Positions 1 to 6,169 of a stretch of DNA of 53,757 nt are shown in pieces. Where the stretch lies: IMG/VR virus record IMGVR_UViG_3300005738_000002, positions 1 to 53,757 of that record; one strand, 5' to 3'. The position numbers and the translations under genes were made by a program. This stretch comes from a virus (taxonomy: Duplodnaviria; Caudoviricetes). The number at the start of each line of letters is the position of its first letter. Within the stretch, counting starts at the first letter, position 1. The notes below the pieces were generated by a model that did no database searches, was not told the origin of the DNA, and worked only from the letters and a program-made list of their open reading frames with translations.

Positions 1-1
1 C

Positions 2-172
2 TTCCGCAAGGAAGGCAAGTGTACGACTGCTAAGGGCATGGATCGTCAGCACGATCGCATTGTTGGTGAGACTGTGGAAGCATGGCGTCCATTCTCTCAG
101 CAGATCAGTCGCTACACCATCTCTCGTGTGCCAGCTGACGTAGTGGTCGGTGGTGAGATCCGCAAGGCATAA
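2..172 (+). CDS. 3' end of a small early hypothetical protein (truncated by window start)
   Basis: Open frame FRKEGKC...SRVPADVVVGGEIRKA ending TAA at 170-172; translated by hand. Confidence 0.6.
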   Translation, partial: FRKEGKCTTAKGMDRQHDRIVGETVEAWRPFSQQISRYTISRVPADVVVGGEIRKA

Positions 173-185
173 TCGGCAGTATACT
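128..185 (+). promoter_or_regulatory. Palindrome-type early promoter, copy 1
   Basis: GTGCCAGCT-gacg-TAGTGGTCG at 128-149; TATACT at 180-185 (offset 52). Confidence 0.6.
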
Positions 186-206
186 ATTCACATCAGCACA
201 AACGAC

Positions 207-662
207 ATGACCACCACTCCATTGAACAAAGAGTTCTCTCAATTCTGTGCTCAACGTGATGCACAAAACATGAATCAACTTAATATCACCAAGTATTGCT
301 TTGAATTGTGTGATGCATTACTCTCAAACTATATTAATGAGTCAATTCGTCGTCATGAGTTCTTTAAATTAACTGATAAAGAAGAGTATCATCAAGCATG
401 TATTGAAGACCTGAAAGATGGTAATTGTGGTTATGAATTCACACTTGATACTGGACGTAAGTATCATAAGATCATGATGTCTGCCAATGGTTCACGTTCT
501 GTTCATGCTTTCGTAGACAGAAAGACTGGTGAAGTATACAAACCAGCATCCATCAAAGCACCTGCCAAAGGTGTTAGATTTAACCTGCTCATCATCTCAG
601 AGCGTGAGTTTGTCCTAGAAAATGCAGACTGGGCGGGTGGTTATCTCTATCGCAAGGGTTGA
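207..662 (+). CDS. Conserved cyanomyovirus early hypothetical protein
   Basis: ATG 207 lies downstream of the -10 box, so preferred over GTG 150; C-terminal SVHAFVDRKTGEVYKPAS..APAKGVR..DWAGGYLY motif recalled from T4-like phages. Confidence 0.8.
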   Translation: MTTTPLNKEFSQFCAQRDAQNMNQLNITKYCFELCDALLSNYINESIRRHEFFKLTDKEEYHQACIEDLKDGNCGYEFTLDTGRKYHKIMMSANGSRSVHAFVDRKTGEVYKPASIKAPAKGVRFNLLIISEREFVLENADWAGGYLYRKG

Positions 663-687
663 CAACCAACCAAATACATAGTATACT
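659..687 (+). promoter_or_regulatory. Canonical sigma70-type promoter
   Basis: TTGACA (659-664), 17 bp, TATACT (682-687); no upstream palindrome. Confidence 0.85.
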
Positions 688-711
688 TAATTCATCAAAC
701 CACACAGACCA

Positions 712-966
712 ATGAAACGTTACGAAGCACCTCCGTTCTATCTCGTTGCCGATGGTATTGCTCTCGCTTACGATGACGAGTTAGATTTCTATTTTGCTGC
801 ACCAGTTGATAACAACACTGGTCTCATTACATGGGAATCATCTTATGAACTTGACATTGATCAAGATGATGAAGATGAAGTTGAGTATTATGCATGGATG
901 TGTTGTTATCTTAATACAGCAGCACGTCTTACAGTTGAACACAAACAAGGAGTATTTGTCAAGTGA
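712..966 (+). CDS. Acidic hypothetical protein
   Basis: 84-aa ORF directly after the promoter; 4-bp overlap with next ORF. Confidence 0.75.
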   Translation: MKRYEAPPFYLVADGIALAYDDELDFYFAAPVDNNTGLITWESSYELDIDQDDEDEVEYYAWMCCYLNTAARLTVEHKQGVFVK

Positions 967-1184
967 ATTTAGTTTCCCCACACGTTAAAGAATTAGTTCA
1001 ACTCACCCCACTCACACCAACAACGTTTCATCCACAACCTAACAATATTAACCCAGACAAATACTGGCGTTATTTCTCTAAGTTTCCCAATGAGTTCGCA
1101 TCTGGTCTTGCTCTTAAATTAAAGGAACAACACCTAGAGTTTCTCTCCTACGATCATCTTCAAAACGTACTCACAATCAAATGA
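963..1184 (+). CDS. Hypothetical protein
   Basis: GTGA and ATGA overlaps with both neighbours. Confidence 0.6.
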   Translation: MNLVSPHVKELVQLTPLTPTTFHPQPNNINPDKYWRYFSKFPNEFASGLALKLKEQHLEFLSYDHLQNVLTIK

Positions 1185-1405
1185 CAGATCAAATCAATCT
1201 TCTCGTAGAAAAAGCAACTAAGTCTCGCTTTAGACGATTTGACTTCCTTATGAAGAAAGGTCGTAATCAAGATGCAATCTCTATCGGTGAAGAATTCCTT
1301 GAATGGATCATGCCTGATAATGAGGATGAGATCTTCTATGTAAACTATAATGAGATGGAAGAACTCTATTGGCAAAAACGTTTACTCAATGAGAAATACT
1401 CCTAA
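1181..1405 (+). CDS. Hypothetical protein
   Basis: 74-aa ORF, ATGA coupling to upstream ORF. Confidence 0.7.
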   Translation: MTDQINLLVEKATKSRFRRFDFLMKKGRNQDAISIGEEFLEWIMPDNEDEIFYVNYNEMEELYWQKRLLNEKYS

Positions 1406-1568
1406 AACATATTATGCTATTGGGTATCGTCATACACTCTATAATGATACCCAATCATCAATACAATATGCTACCTATTTTCAACTTCAATCAGCACAAG
1501 AAGCAATGATGAAGATGATAAAGAGAGGACAAGATGTAATGGGGATGGAAGAAAAGAAATTGCTATAA
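1389..1568 (+). CDS. Hypothetical protein
   Basis: ATG 1389 (MRNTPKTYY...) gives a short overlap with the upstream ORF; last gene before a ~385-bp non-coding gap. Confidence 0.6.
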   Translation: MRNTPKTYYAIGYRHTLYNDTQSSIQYATYFQLQSAQEAMMKMIKRGQDVMGMEEKKLL

Positions 1569-1658
1569 TCTTCATAGATACTCACAATACACCGCAAAGG
1601 CACTCCCTAGTGTATGACTGAAGAATATTTAAACAAATCTTAAAATGTATCAGTGGGT

Positions 1659-1679
1659 TGTGGAAAAACCTGTGGAAAA
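1659..1679 (-). promoter_or_regulatory. Tandem cyanobacterial-type DnaA boxes
   Basis: TGTGGAAAA at 1659-1667 and 1671-1679, reverse complement TTTTCCACA. Confidence 0.55.
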
Positions 1680-1759
1680 CTAAATGGTTTATTTAATATA
1701 GGTAAGGTGCGGTGGAGTTGTTGTCTTAGACCGAACTGCAACGATTGTCAATGCCCTCT

Positions 1760-1818
1760 ATGACACGTTGAGAACTGGCACAAACCCCCTCTAAGGGTCA
1801 CGGGGTCCATGCTATAAT
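1760..1818 (+). promoter_or_regulatory. Palindrome-type early promoter, copy 2
   Basis: ATGACACGT-tgag-AACTGGCAC at 1760-1781; extended -10 TGcTATAAT, hexamer 1813-1818 (offset 53). Confidence 0.7.
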
Positions 1819-1953
1819 TTAGAGGTCTTCAAGGGGCAGGAAACTGCAACTTTTGAAGAAACTTAAAAATATGAAAAAGTCAAAAAGTTCATTTTTTAAG
1901 AAAGTTCAATTTTTTAAAAACTTTAAATTTTAAATATTAACATTTAACTACAA

Positions 1954-2205
1954 ATGTCATCTTCTCAAATTATCAAAGATTATAGAGATTTAGAATCTTC
2001 AGCTATTAATAGAATATTAGTGAAAGAAGATTATATTGAAGTATTATTTGTATCTTCTGGTAAAATATACAAATATCAACGTAATATTGTTGATTTCGAT
2101 AATACTTTACAAGAATGCATTGATAAGAAAGAATCAATTGGTAAATTCATTAATCAAAGCATTAAAGAGTCTAATTTGATCTTAATGCAGTGTATTAATG
2201 AATAA
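1954..2205 (+). CDS. KTSC-domain-like protein
   Basis: SSAINRI...IEVLFVSSGKIYKY...ESIGKFINQSIK follows the KTSC pattern SS.I......L.V.F..G..Y.Y...S.G.F.N..I. Confidence 0.6.
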   Translation: MSSSQIIKDYRDLESSAINRILVKEDYIEVLFVSSGKIYKYQRNIVDFDNTLQECIDKKESIGKFINQSIKESNLILMQCINE

Positions 2206-2208
2206 ATA
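2202..2208 (+). promoter_or_regulatory. Possible T4-type late promoter
   Basis: ATAAATA 41 bp upstream of ATG 2249. Confidence 0.4.
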
Positions 2209-2248
2209 CTTCACATTCATTACCAATTGATTAGAATTCACACTGAAA

Positions 2249-2407
2249 ATGGCAAAGACTAACAAAAAGTATCAAGAATCACCCGGAAAAGAGTATTTAA
2301 AGGATGATTATGAAGATTTCGGTTACAAAGTAACTAATGCTAATCGTTATAGCAATAGAAACAAACAGCAACGCAAATTTAAAGATATCGTAGATTTTGA
2401 AGACTGA
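2249..2407 (+). CDS. 52-aa charged hypothetical protein (below ORF-track cutoff)
   Basis: MAKTNKKYQESPGKEYLKDDYEDFGY...DFED*, translated by hand. Confidence 0.65.
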   Translation: MAKTNKKYQESPGKEYLKDDYEDFGYKVTNANRYSNRNKQQRKFKDIVDFED

Positions 2408-2413
2408 CAAGCG

Positions 2414-2476
2414 ACCCTGTGCCACTTTAACTAGTTGCACAGGGTTTTTCTATTGGTGCTGATTTTGTGCAATGAT
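2414..2476 (+). promoter_or_regulatory. Palindrome-type early promoter, copy 3, extended into a terminator-like hairpin
   Basis: GTGCCACTT-taac-TAGTTGCAC at 2419-2440 inside ACCCTGTGC...GCACAGGGT plus T run; weak TGcAATGAT -10 at 2471 (offset 52). Confidence 0.55.
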
Positions 2477-2497
2477 GATCATCAGTTGAATAAACTC

Positions 2498-2602
2498 ATG
2501 CAGTACACAGAACCTTACCTGCCCACTGGGGTAGAGTATACTAGTGGCATAAAGTTTTGGACTAAGTGTATCAAACTAGTGTTGTCACTAATTAACACCT
2601 AG
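2498..2602 (+). CDS. 34-aa hypothetical peptide
   Basis: MQYTEPYLPTGVEY...LINT* directly downstream of promoter copy 3. Confidence 0.4.
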   Translation: MQYTEPYLPTGVEYTSGIKFWTKCIKLVLSLINT

Positions 2603-2610
2603 GTCAGCTG

Positions 2611-2636
2611 CCTGTGGAAAACTTTTATTCCACAGG
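2611..2636. promoter_or_regulatory. Inverted pair of DnaA-box-like sites
   Basis: CCTGTGGAA...TTCCACAGG inverted repeat containing TGTGGAAAA (2613-2621) and TATTCCACA (2626-2634). Confidence 0.45.
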
Positions 2637-2690
2637 ACAATTGGTGAACAGCACACCATCGCTTGATTTCGTCCCCTGATCCTGTATTGT
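2634..2690 (+). promoter_or_regulatory. Palindrome-type early promoter, copy 4 (leaderless)
   Basis: AGGACAATT-ggtg-AACAGCACA; TTGATT 2663-2668; TATTGT 2685-2690; ATG after 6 nt. Confidence 0.6.
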
Positions 2691-2696
2691 AGACAC

Positions 2697-2885
2697 ATGA
2701 ACGAAACACCAAGCAACAACCCCTACACGAACACCCTCCTTGAGATGGGTTACGATCGCCAAGACATCGAAGTCGCTGGTGCTATGTTTCAAAAGCATAC
2801 GTTCCCTTGTGTGATCCATGGTCGTCAATTTGACACCGAAGAACAATACTATGCTGAGTTGCATGACTATTTCAATGGCATGTGA
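2697..2885 (+). CDS. Small acidic early hypothetical protein
   Basis: 62-aa ORF with its own promoter. Confidence 0.75.
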   Translation: MNETPSNNPYTNTLLEMGYDRQDIEVAGAMFQKHTFPCVIHGRQFDTEEQYYAELHDYFNGM

Positions 2886-2938
2886 CAGTTGACCTAGTGC
2901 CACACAAAATAGGCACAGCACTCAAAACCCTGTATTGT
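2882..2938 (+). promoter_or_regulatory. Palindrome-type early promoter, copy 5 (leaderless)
   Basis: GTGACAGTT-gacc-TAGTGCCAC at 2882-2903; TATTGT 2933-2938 (offset 51). Confidence 0.75.
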
Positions 2939-2944
2939 AGACAC

Positions 2945-3127
2945 ATGAACAAAACACTTGACGATCTCACCCCTAGCATCAGGGAGTTCTGCAACAGCAA
3001 CCCTGAGGCAGACTTTGAAATGATCATGGATTTTGTGGACTCTCAAATCGCTCCCTTTGAGGCAGACGATGATCTAGTAGACCACGCCATGGCGATCATG
3101 CTGGAGTGTGACGGACAGTCTGCTTAG
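2945..3127 (+). CDS. Small acidic early hypothetical protein
   Basis: ATG 2945 (MNKTLDDL...) preferred because GTG 2882 lies inside the promoter. Confidence 0.7.
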   Translation: MNKTLDDLTPSIREFCNSNPEADFEMIMDFVDSQIAPFEADDDLVDHAMAIMLECDGQSA

Positions 3128-3169
3128 TGTCCACTAGGGGTTGACTTCCGACCCCATTCATTCTATTGT
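3112..3169 (+). promoter_or_regulatory. Palindrome-type early promoter, copy 6, with canonical -35
   Basis: CGGACAGTC-tgct-TAGTGTCCA; TTGACT 3141-3146, 17 bp, TATTGT 3164-3169. Confidence 0.75.
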
Positions 3170-3197
3170 TCTCTTAAGTCAAACAACGACACCAAAC

Positions 3198-3524
3198 ATG
3201 CGTAAGATCGAAACCCAAATGAACGCTGCTATCAAAGGCAACGCCAATTGGACTAAGGCAAACACTATGGTTACAACTATTAATAGTGTGTCTCATGTAT
3301 TTCTTCATGGCAACAAGATTGCTGAGGTTGGTGATGATTTCGTTAAGGTATTTGATGGGGGTTGGCAGTCCAATACCACCAAATCACGTCTCAACGCTAT
3401 CATCAATGAATTCTGTAATGCTTTCACTGATGGTGTCTTTCAGAAGGATTTTCAGTGGTTCATTCGTGATAACAAAGTCACCCATGATTTCGTGAATGGT
3501 TTCACATTCAGCGAGTTTGCTTAA
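3198..3524 (+). CDS. Conserved phage early hypothetical protein
   Basis: MRKIETQMNAAI...LHGNKIA...DGGWQSNTTKSRLNA, family recalled from marine phages; start moved to ATG 3198. Confidence 0.8.
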   Translation: MRKIETQMNAAIKGNANWTKANTMVTTINSVSHVFLHGNKIAEVGDDFVKVFDGGWQSNTTKSRLNAIINEFCNAFTDGVFQKDFQWFIRDNKVTHDFVNGFTFSEFA

Positions 3525-3579
3525 CTTCTAATCAACTCCTAATTTTCTCCTAATTAGGAGATTCTTTATCTAATTCTTC

Positions 3580-3849
3580 ATGAACTACACTCTCAAGCAA
3601 CTTCAAGACAGAGTATCATCTATGATCAAAGAACAGGGAGAAGATGCAGAGTGTGCAGCATGGATTTATACCAAGAATGATTGTCATCTTAAGGACGAAG
3701 ATGGCAACACTGATTATGATAACAATGTAGAAGATCCAGCACTGCTTGCACGTATCTTTGATGATGTAGGCAACATTGATTACATCTATCAGGTGATTCA
3801 AGAGTGTGTAGATGAGGTCGTAGAGGAGGAAATCGCAGCGACTAAGTAA
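3580..3849 (+). CDS. Acidic hypothetical protein
   Basis: 89-aa ORF MNYTLKQLQDRV...CAAWIYT. Confidence 0.75.
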   Translation: MNYTLKQLQDRVSSMIKEQGEDAECAAWIYTKNDCHLKDEDGNTDYDNNVEDPALLARIFDDVGNIDYIYQVIQECVDEVVEEEIAATK

Positions 3850-3867
3850 CACAAACTGGTCGGCCGC

Positions 3868-3924
3868 CTCCCAATTGCCAAAGTGTCACAGCGTTTCGCC
3901 ACTGCCTGCCACAGCCCCTATAAT
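3868..3924 (+). promoter_or_regulatory. Palindrome-type early promoter, copy 7 (leaderless)
   Basis: CTCCCAATT-gcca-AAGTGTCAC at 3868-3889; TATAAT 3919-3924; ATG 3931. Confidence 0.7.
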
Positions 3925-3930
3925 AAGGAC

Positions 3931-4119
3931 ATGAACAAAACACAACGCCATCACGACGGACAATTCATCACCACGGGTGATCCATCCCCTTTGATGAGTC
4001 GCGTCATGGATTCGATCCTTAAGCAACAGCAGGCAGAGCATGAGTATCGCATGGCAGTCCGAGCAGGTCGCATCGAACAGGTCCAGTCTACAAACTGGAA
4101 CATCAGCGACAGACACTGA
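3931..4119 (+). CDS. Small early hypothetical protein
   Basis: ATG 3931 (MNKTQRHH...), same ATGAACAAAACAC start as ORF 2945. Confidence 0.7.
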   Translation: MNKTQRHHDGQFITTGDPSPLMSRVMDSILKQQQAEHEYRMAVRAGRIEQVQSTNWNISDRH

Positions 4120-4137
4120 CCCCTGACCCTGTAGACT
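4080..4137 (+). promoter_or_regulatory. Palindrome-type early promoter, copy 8 (leaderless)
   Basis: GGTCCAGTC-taca-AACTGGAAC at 4080-4101; TAGACT 4132-4137 (offset 52); ATG 4144. Confidence 0.7.
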
Positions 4138-4143
4138 AATCAC

Positions 4144-4359
4144 ATGAGAAACGAAACCATGAACAACCCAAAATGTATCGTCGTCATCGGTGGCATTGAT
4201 TACGAGGGAGAGGCAATCAGATCCCTTCGCCTCTTTGATTGCCAGTCCACTGCTGAGGCATACAAAGCAGAACTAGAGCGTGAGTTCGATTACGTGCTCA
4301 TGGAGGTTCAGGAGATCTCACAGCACAGCGTCATGATGGGCGGTTCGATTCCTGCTTAA
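4144..4359 (+). CDS. Small early hypothetical protein
   Basis: 71-aa ORF with VIGGIDYEGE..LRLFDC.STA.AY motif recalled from cyanophage early ORFs. Confidence 0.75.
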   Translation: MRNETMNNPKCIVVIGGIDYEGEAIRSLRLFDCQSTAEAYKAELEREFDYVLMEVQEISQHSVMMGGSIPA

Positions 4360-4372
4360 TCTCTTAAGGTTT

Positions 4373-4406
4373 GGGGTCACCTAAAGACCCCGCCATCCTG
4401 TAGACT
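4373..4406 (+). promoter_or_regulatory. Early promoter variant lacking the 22-bp palindrome
   Basis: CCTGTAGACT -10 (4401-4406) as in copy 8; GGGGTC-N7-GACCCC over the -35 region. Confidence 0.5.
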
Positions 4407-4427
4407 ATTCAAAGAAACAAACCAATC

Positions 4428-4655
4428 ATGTTCGCAGTTCAACCCACCTCCTTCGGCACCTTTGACGAGCACGGGGCAGACTACACCCCAACGATCGCAG
4501 GCGCTTACCGCATCGCTGCCATCCGTCAGCAGGAACGCGAGGGCGATCAAATGATCTGGCGTCTCACCACAGGGCAACCCATCCCATGGGTTCGTGTCTA
4601 TGAAGACGAGAACATCTCCAGTGTGACAGAGCAGGAGCTGGCACTGCTCGCCTAG
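4428..4655 (+). CDS. Small early hypothetical protein
   Basis: 75-aa ORF after an A/C-rich leader. Confidence 0.75.
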   Translation: MFAVQPTSFGTFDEHGADYTPTIAGAYRIAAIRQQEREGDQMIWRLTTGQPIPWVRVYEDENISSVTEQELALLA

Positions 4656-4680
4656 GCAGCGTCCCCCTACCGACTACAAT
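4623..4680 (+). promoter_or_regulatory. Palindrome-type early promoter, copy 9
   Basis: GTGACAGAG-cagg-AGCTGGCAC at 4623-4644; TACAAT 4675-4680 (offset 52). Confidence 0.7.
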
Positions 4681-4707
4681 ACAAGAGAACACAACACAGG
4701 ACACAGC

Positions 4708-4929
4708 ATGAACGGATGGGCAAACCACGCAACATGGAACGTCGCTCTTTGGATCGGCAACGATGAGACCATCTACCGCCACGCCAAAGCAAACCAGAAC
4801 CTCGGCTACCGCAAGTGGGCAAAGCGTTGGATTGATGAGTACGGCGAGTACATCACAGGCGACGGCATCTCCTGGTTATCCGATGACGTAGACACAGACG
4901 AGATGGATGCGATGCTGGCAGAACTCTAA
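4708..4929 (+). CDS. Conserved phage hypothetical protein (NGW.N..TWNV.LW..ND family)
   Basis: MNGWANHATWNVALWIGNDE N-terminus recalled as widespread in phages. Confidence 0.8.
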   Translation: MNGWANHATWNVALWIGNDETIYRHAKANQNLGYRKWAKRWIDEYGEYITGDGISWLSDDVDTDEMDAMLAEL

Positions 4930-4966
4930 GGGGTCGCCCCCTCCCTACCCTACACCATTTCTTTAC

Positions 4967-5167
4967 ATGAACATCAGGAAGTATCGCAAACTAGTTGATT
5001 CAATCATGTTTGCTGAAGGACTCATCTGCATCGACGAATCGAAGCATTTGAAATACAAACACCCTGACCTAGGTATCATTCAAACATGCTCAAAGACACC
5101 GAGTGATAACTATGCCATCGCACAGATTAAGCGACAATTGCGAAGATCACTCACAGCACTAAATTAA
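4967..5167 (+). CDS. HicA-like small basic protein (putative mRNA interferase fold)
   Basis: G...KHLKYKHPD.G...TCSKTPSD..A...IKRQLRR pattern; 66 aa from ATG 4967. Confidence 0.55.
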   Translation: MNIRKYRKLVDSIMFAEGLICIDESKHLKYKHPDLGIIQTCSKTPSDNYAIAQIKRQLRRSLTALN

Positions 5168-5171
5168 ACAC

Positions 5172-5196
5172 AGGGGCAGTAATATGCCCCTTTTTT
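5172..5196 (+). terminator. Intrinsic terminator closing the early array
   Basis: AGGGGCA-gtaata-TGCCCCT followed by T run. Confidence 0.85.
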
Positions 5197-5401
5197 GTTA
5201 TGGGACTCCTAGCCGTAGTCTAACCTACAAAGTGTTACCCAAGCGAGATAAATACTTCTGGGTCCCTAAAATAAAAAAATCTGCCGGGTAAAAAATGCGA
5301 CCGACACCTTTCGAGGAAATTAGTTATATTATGATATGCCTAGGGGAGGTAATACGAATTCTGGGATTAAATGTATACGAAAAAATCCGCCCAATAAAAA
5401 G

Positions 5402-5659
5402 ATGACTGAGAACCACAAGATAAAGTTCAAGACAAAGGATGGCACTATCAAGGAGCAAAAGTTTGATGATTTCAATGAATTTGCCGATGTCATCCAAGAT
5501 GCTGCATTAGACTATTATAAGAGTGCTACTGGAGCACCTGAAATGGAGATAAGCAGTGCATTTGGAGCATACGGCATACAACATAAGGAAAGTTATAAAA
5601 ATGGAGAAAGACATAGAAGTGAGGTTGAATTCCTTGGAGAAGAGGTTGAAGGAATGTGA
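5402..5659 (+). CDS. Hypothetical protein
   Basis: MTENHKIKF... (ATG 5402 preferred; 5336 also possible). Confidence 0.65.
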   Translation: MTENHKIKFKTKDGTIKEQKFDDFNEFADVIQDAALDYYKSATGAPEMEISSAFGAYGIQHKESYKNGERHRSEVEFLGEEVEGM

Positions 5660-5801
5660 GGAACCTGGGACGTTAATGTATTGCCGACCGGGGTCGGATA
5701 ATCATGAGACGTTAGTAAATTTCTTAAATGATGTGTATATTGAGATGCAGCAAATAAAGCAACAAATCAATGCCATTACTAGTAACACCAGCAACAATTG
5801 A
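5601..5801 (+). CDS. Small coiled-coil hypothetical protein
   Basis: MEKDIEVRLNSLEKRL..LMYCRPGS..HETLVNFLND. Confidence 0.65.
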   Translation: MEKDIEVRLNSLEKRLKECEEPGTLMYCRPGSDNHETLVNFLNDVYIEMQQIKQQINAITSNTSNN

Positions 5802-6141
5802 CACAGCATCAACAAATGCGACATGTTTATTTGCTGCAGCACCAATTGGCGGTACACCGATTACTGCAGGGTTGTTTATGAATAAGCAGATTGTGAAGTA
5901 CTATGCAGCAGGGACGCCGGTAGCACCTGTACCTGGGGTTCCGATTGTACCTAGCGTACCATGTGTAGATCCTACAGGTGGCACGAGGATATTAAAACCA
6001 TTAAAGAACAAGTCAGTATTTTTCAATAAGTTATTACCGGTAGTAAGTGGGGACGAAGCATTTATTTTAGGTACGGCAAGACCATTGGTGGGACCATATG
6101 GACCAAGCAGTGTATTGATTGCATCTCAACCACAATCATGA
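5770..6141 (+). CDS. PAAR-like spike-tip protein (gp5.4-like)
   Basis: Pro/Gly-rich 123 aa with SVFFN..PVVSGD and GPSSVLIA segments resembling PAAR repeats; upstream of gp25. Confidence 0.5.
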   Translation: MPLLVTPATIDTASTNATCLFAAAPIGGTPITAGLFMNKQIVKYYAAGTPVAPVPGVPIVPSVPCVDPTGGTRILKPLKNKSVFFNKLLPVVSGDEAFILGTARPLVGPYGPSSVLIASQPQS

Positions 6142-6147
6142 TATAAT
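6119..6147 (+). promoter_or_regulatory. Sigma70-type promoter with extended -10
   Basis: TTGCAT, 17 bp, TGaTATAAT (hexamer 6142-6147). Confidence 0.7.
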
Positions 6148-6169
6148 AGGAAGGTATACGGAGAACAAC

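Larger units (their letters stand above)
2681..2950 (+). repeat. 22-bp exact direct repeat spanning -10 box and start codon (2681-2702 and 2929-2950)
   Basis: CCTGTATTGTAGACACATGAAC occurs twice. Confidence 0.9.

Noticed and set aside
3546-3561. Perfect 16-bp palindrome TCTCCTAATTAGGAGA
   Set aside because: Single copy, no loop or strong T tract, and its AGGAG is too far from ATG 3580; no supportable function
4310-4365. tRNA T-arm-like GGTTCGATTCC with flanking GAGAT/ATCTC
   Set aside because: No D-arm or proper anticodon arm, too short for a cloverleaf, and inside a credible CDS
128-4680. Repeat array as CRISPR or integron attC array
   Set aside because: Repeats are degenerate, spaced by whole genes and tied to -10 boxes; no cas or integrase gene in the window
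150-5401. Longer upstream starts at 150, 2882, 3141, 3883, 4907 and 5336
   Set aside because: Extensions run through promoter elements, the previous gene or non-coding A-tract DNA; downstream ATGs fit the promoter geometry better (5336 less certain)
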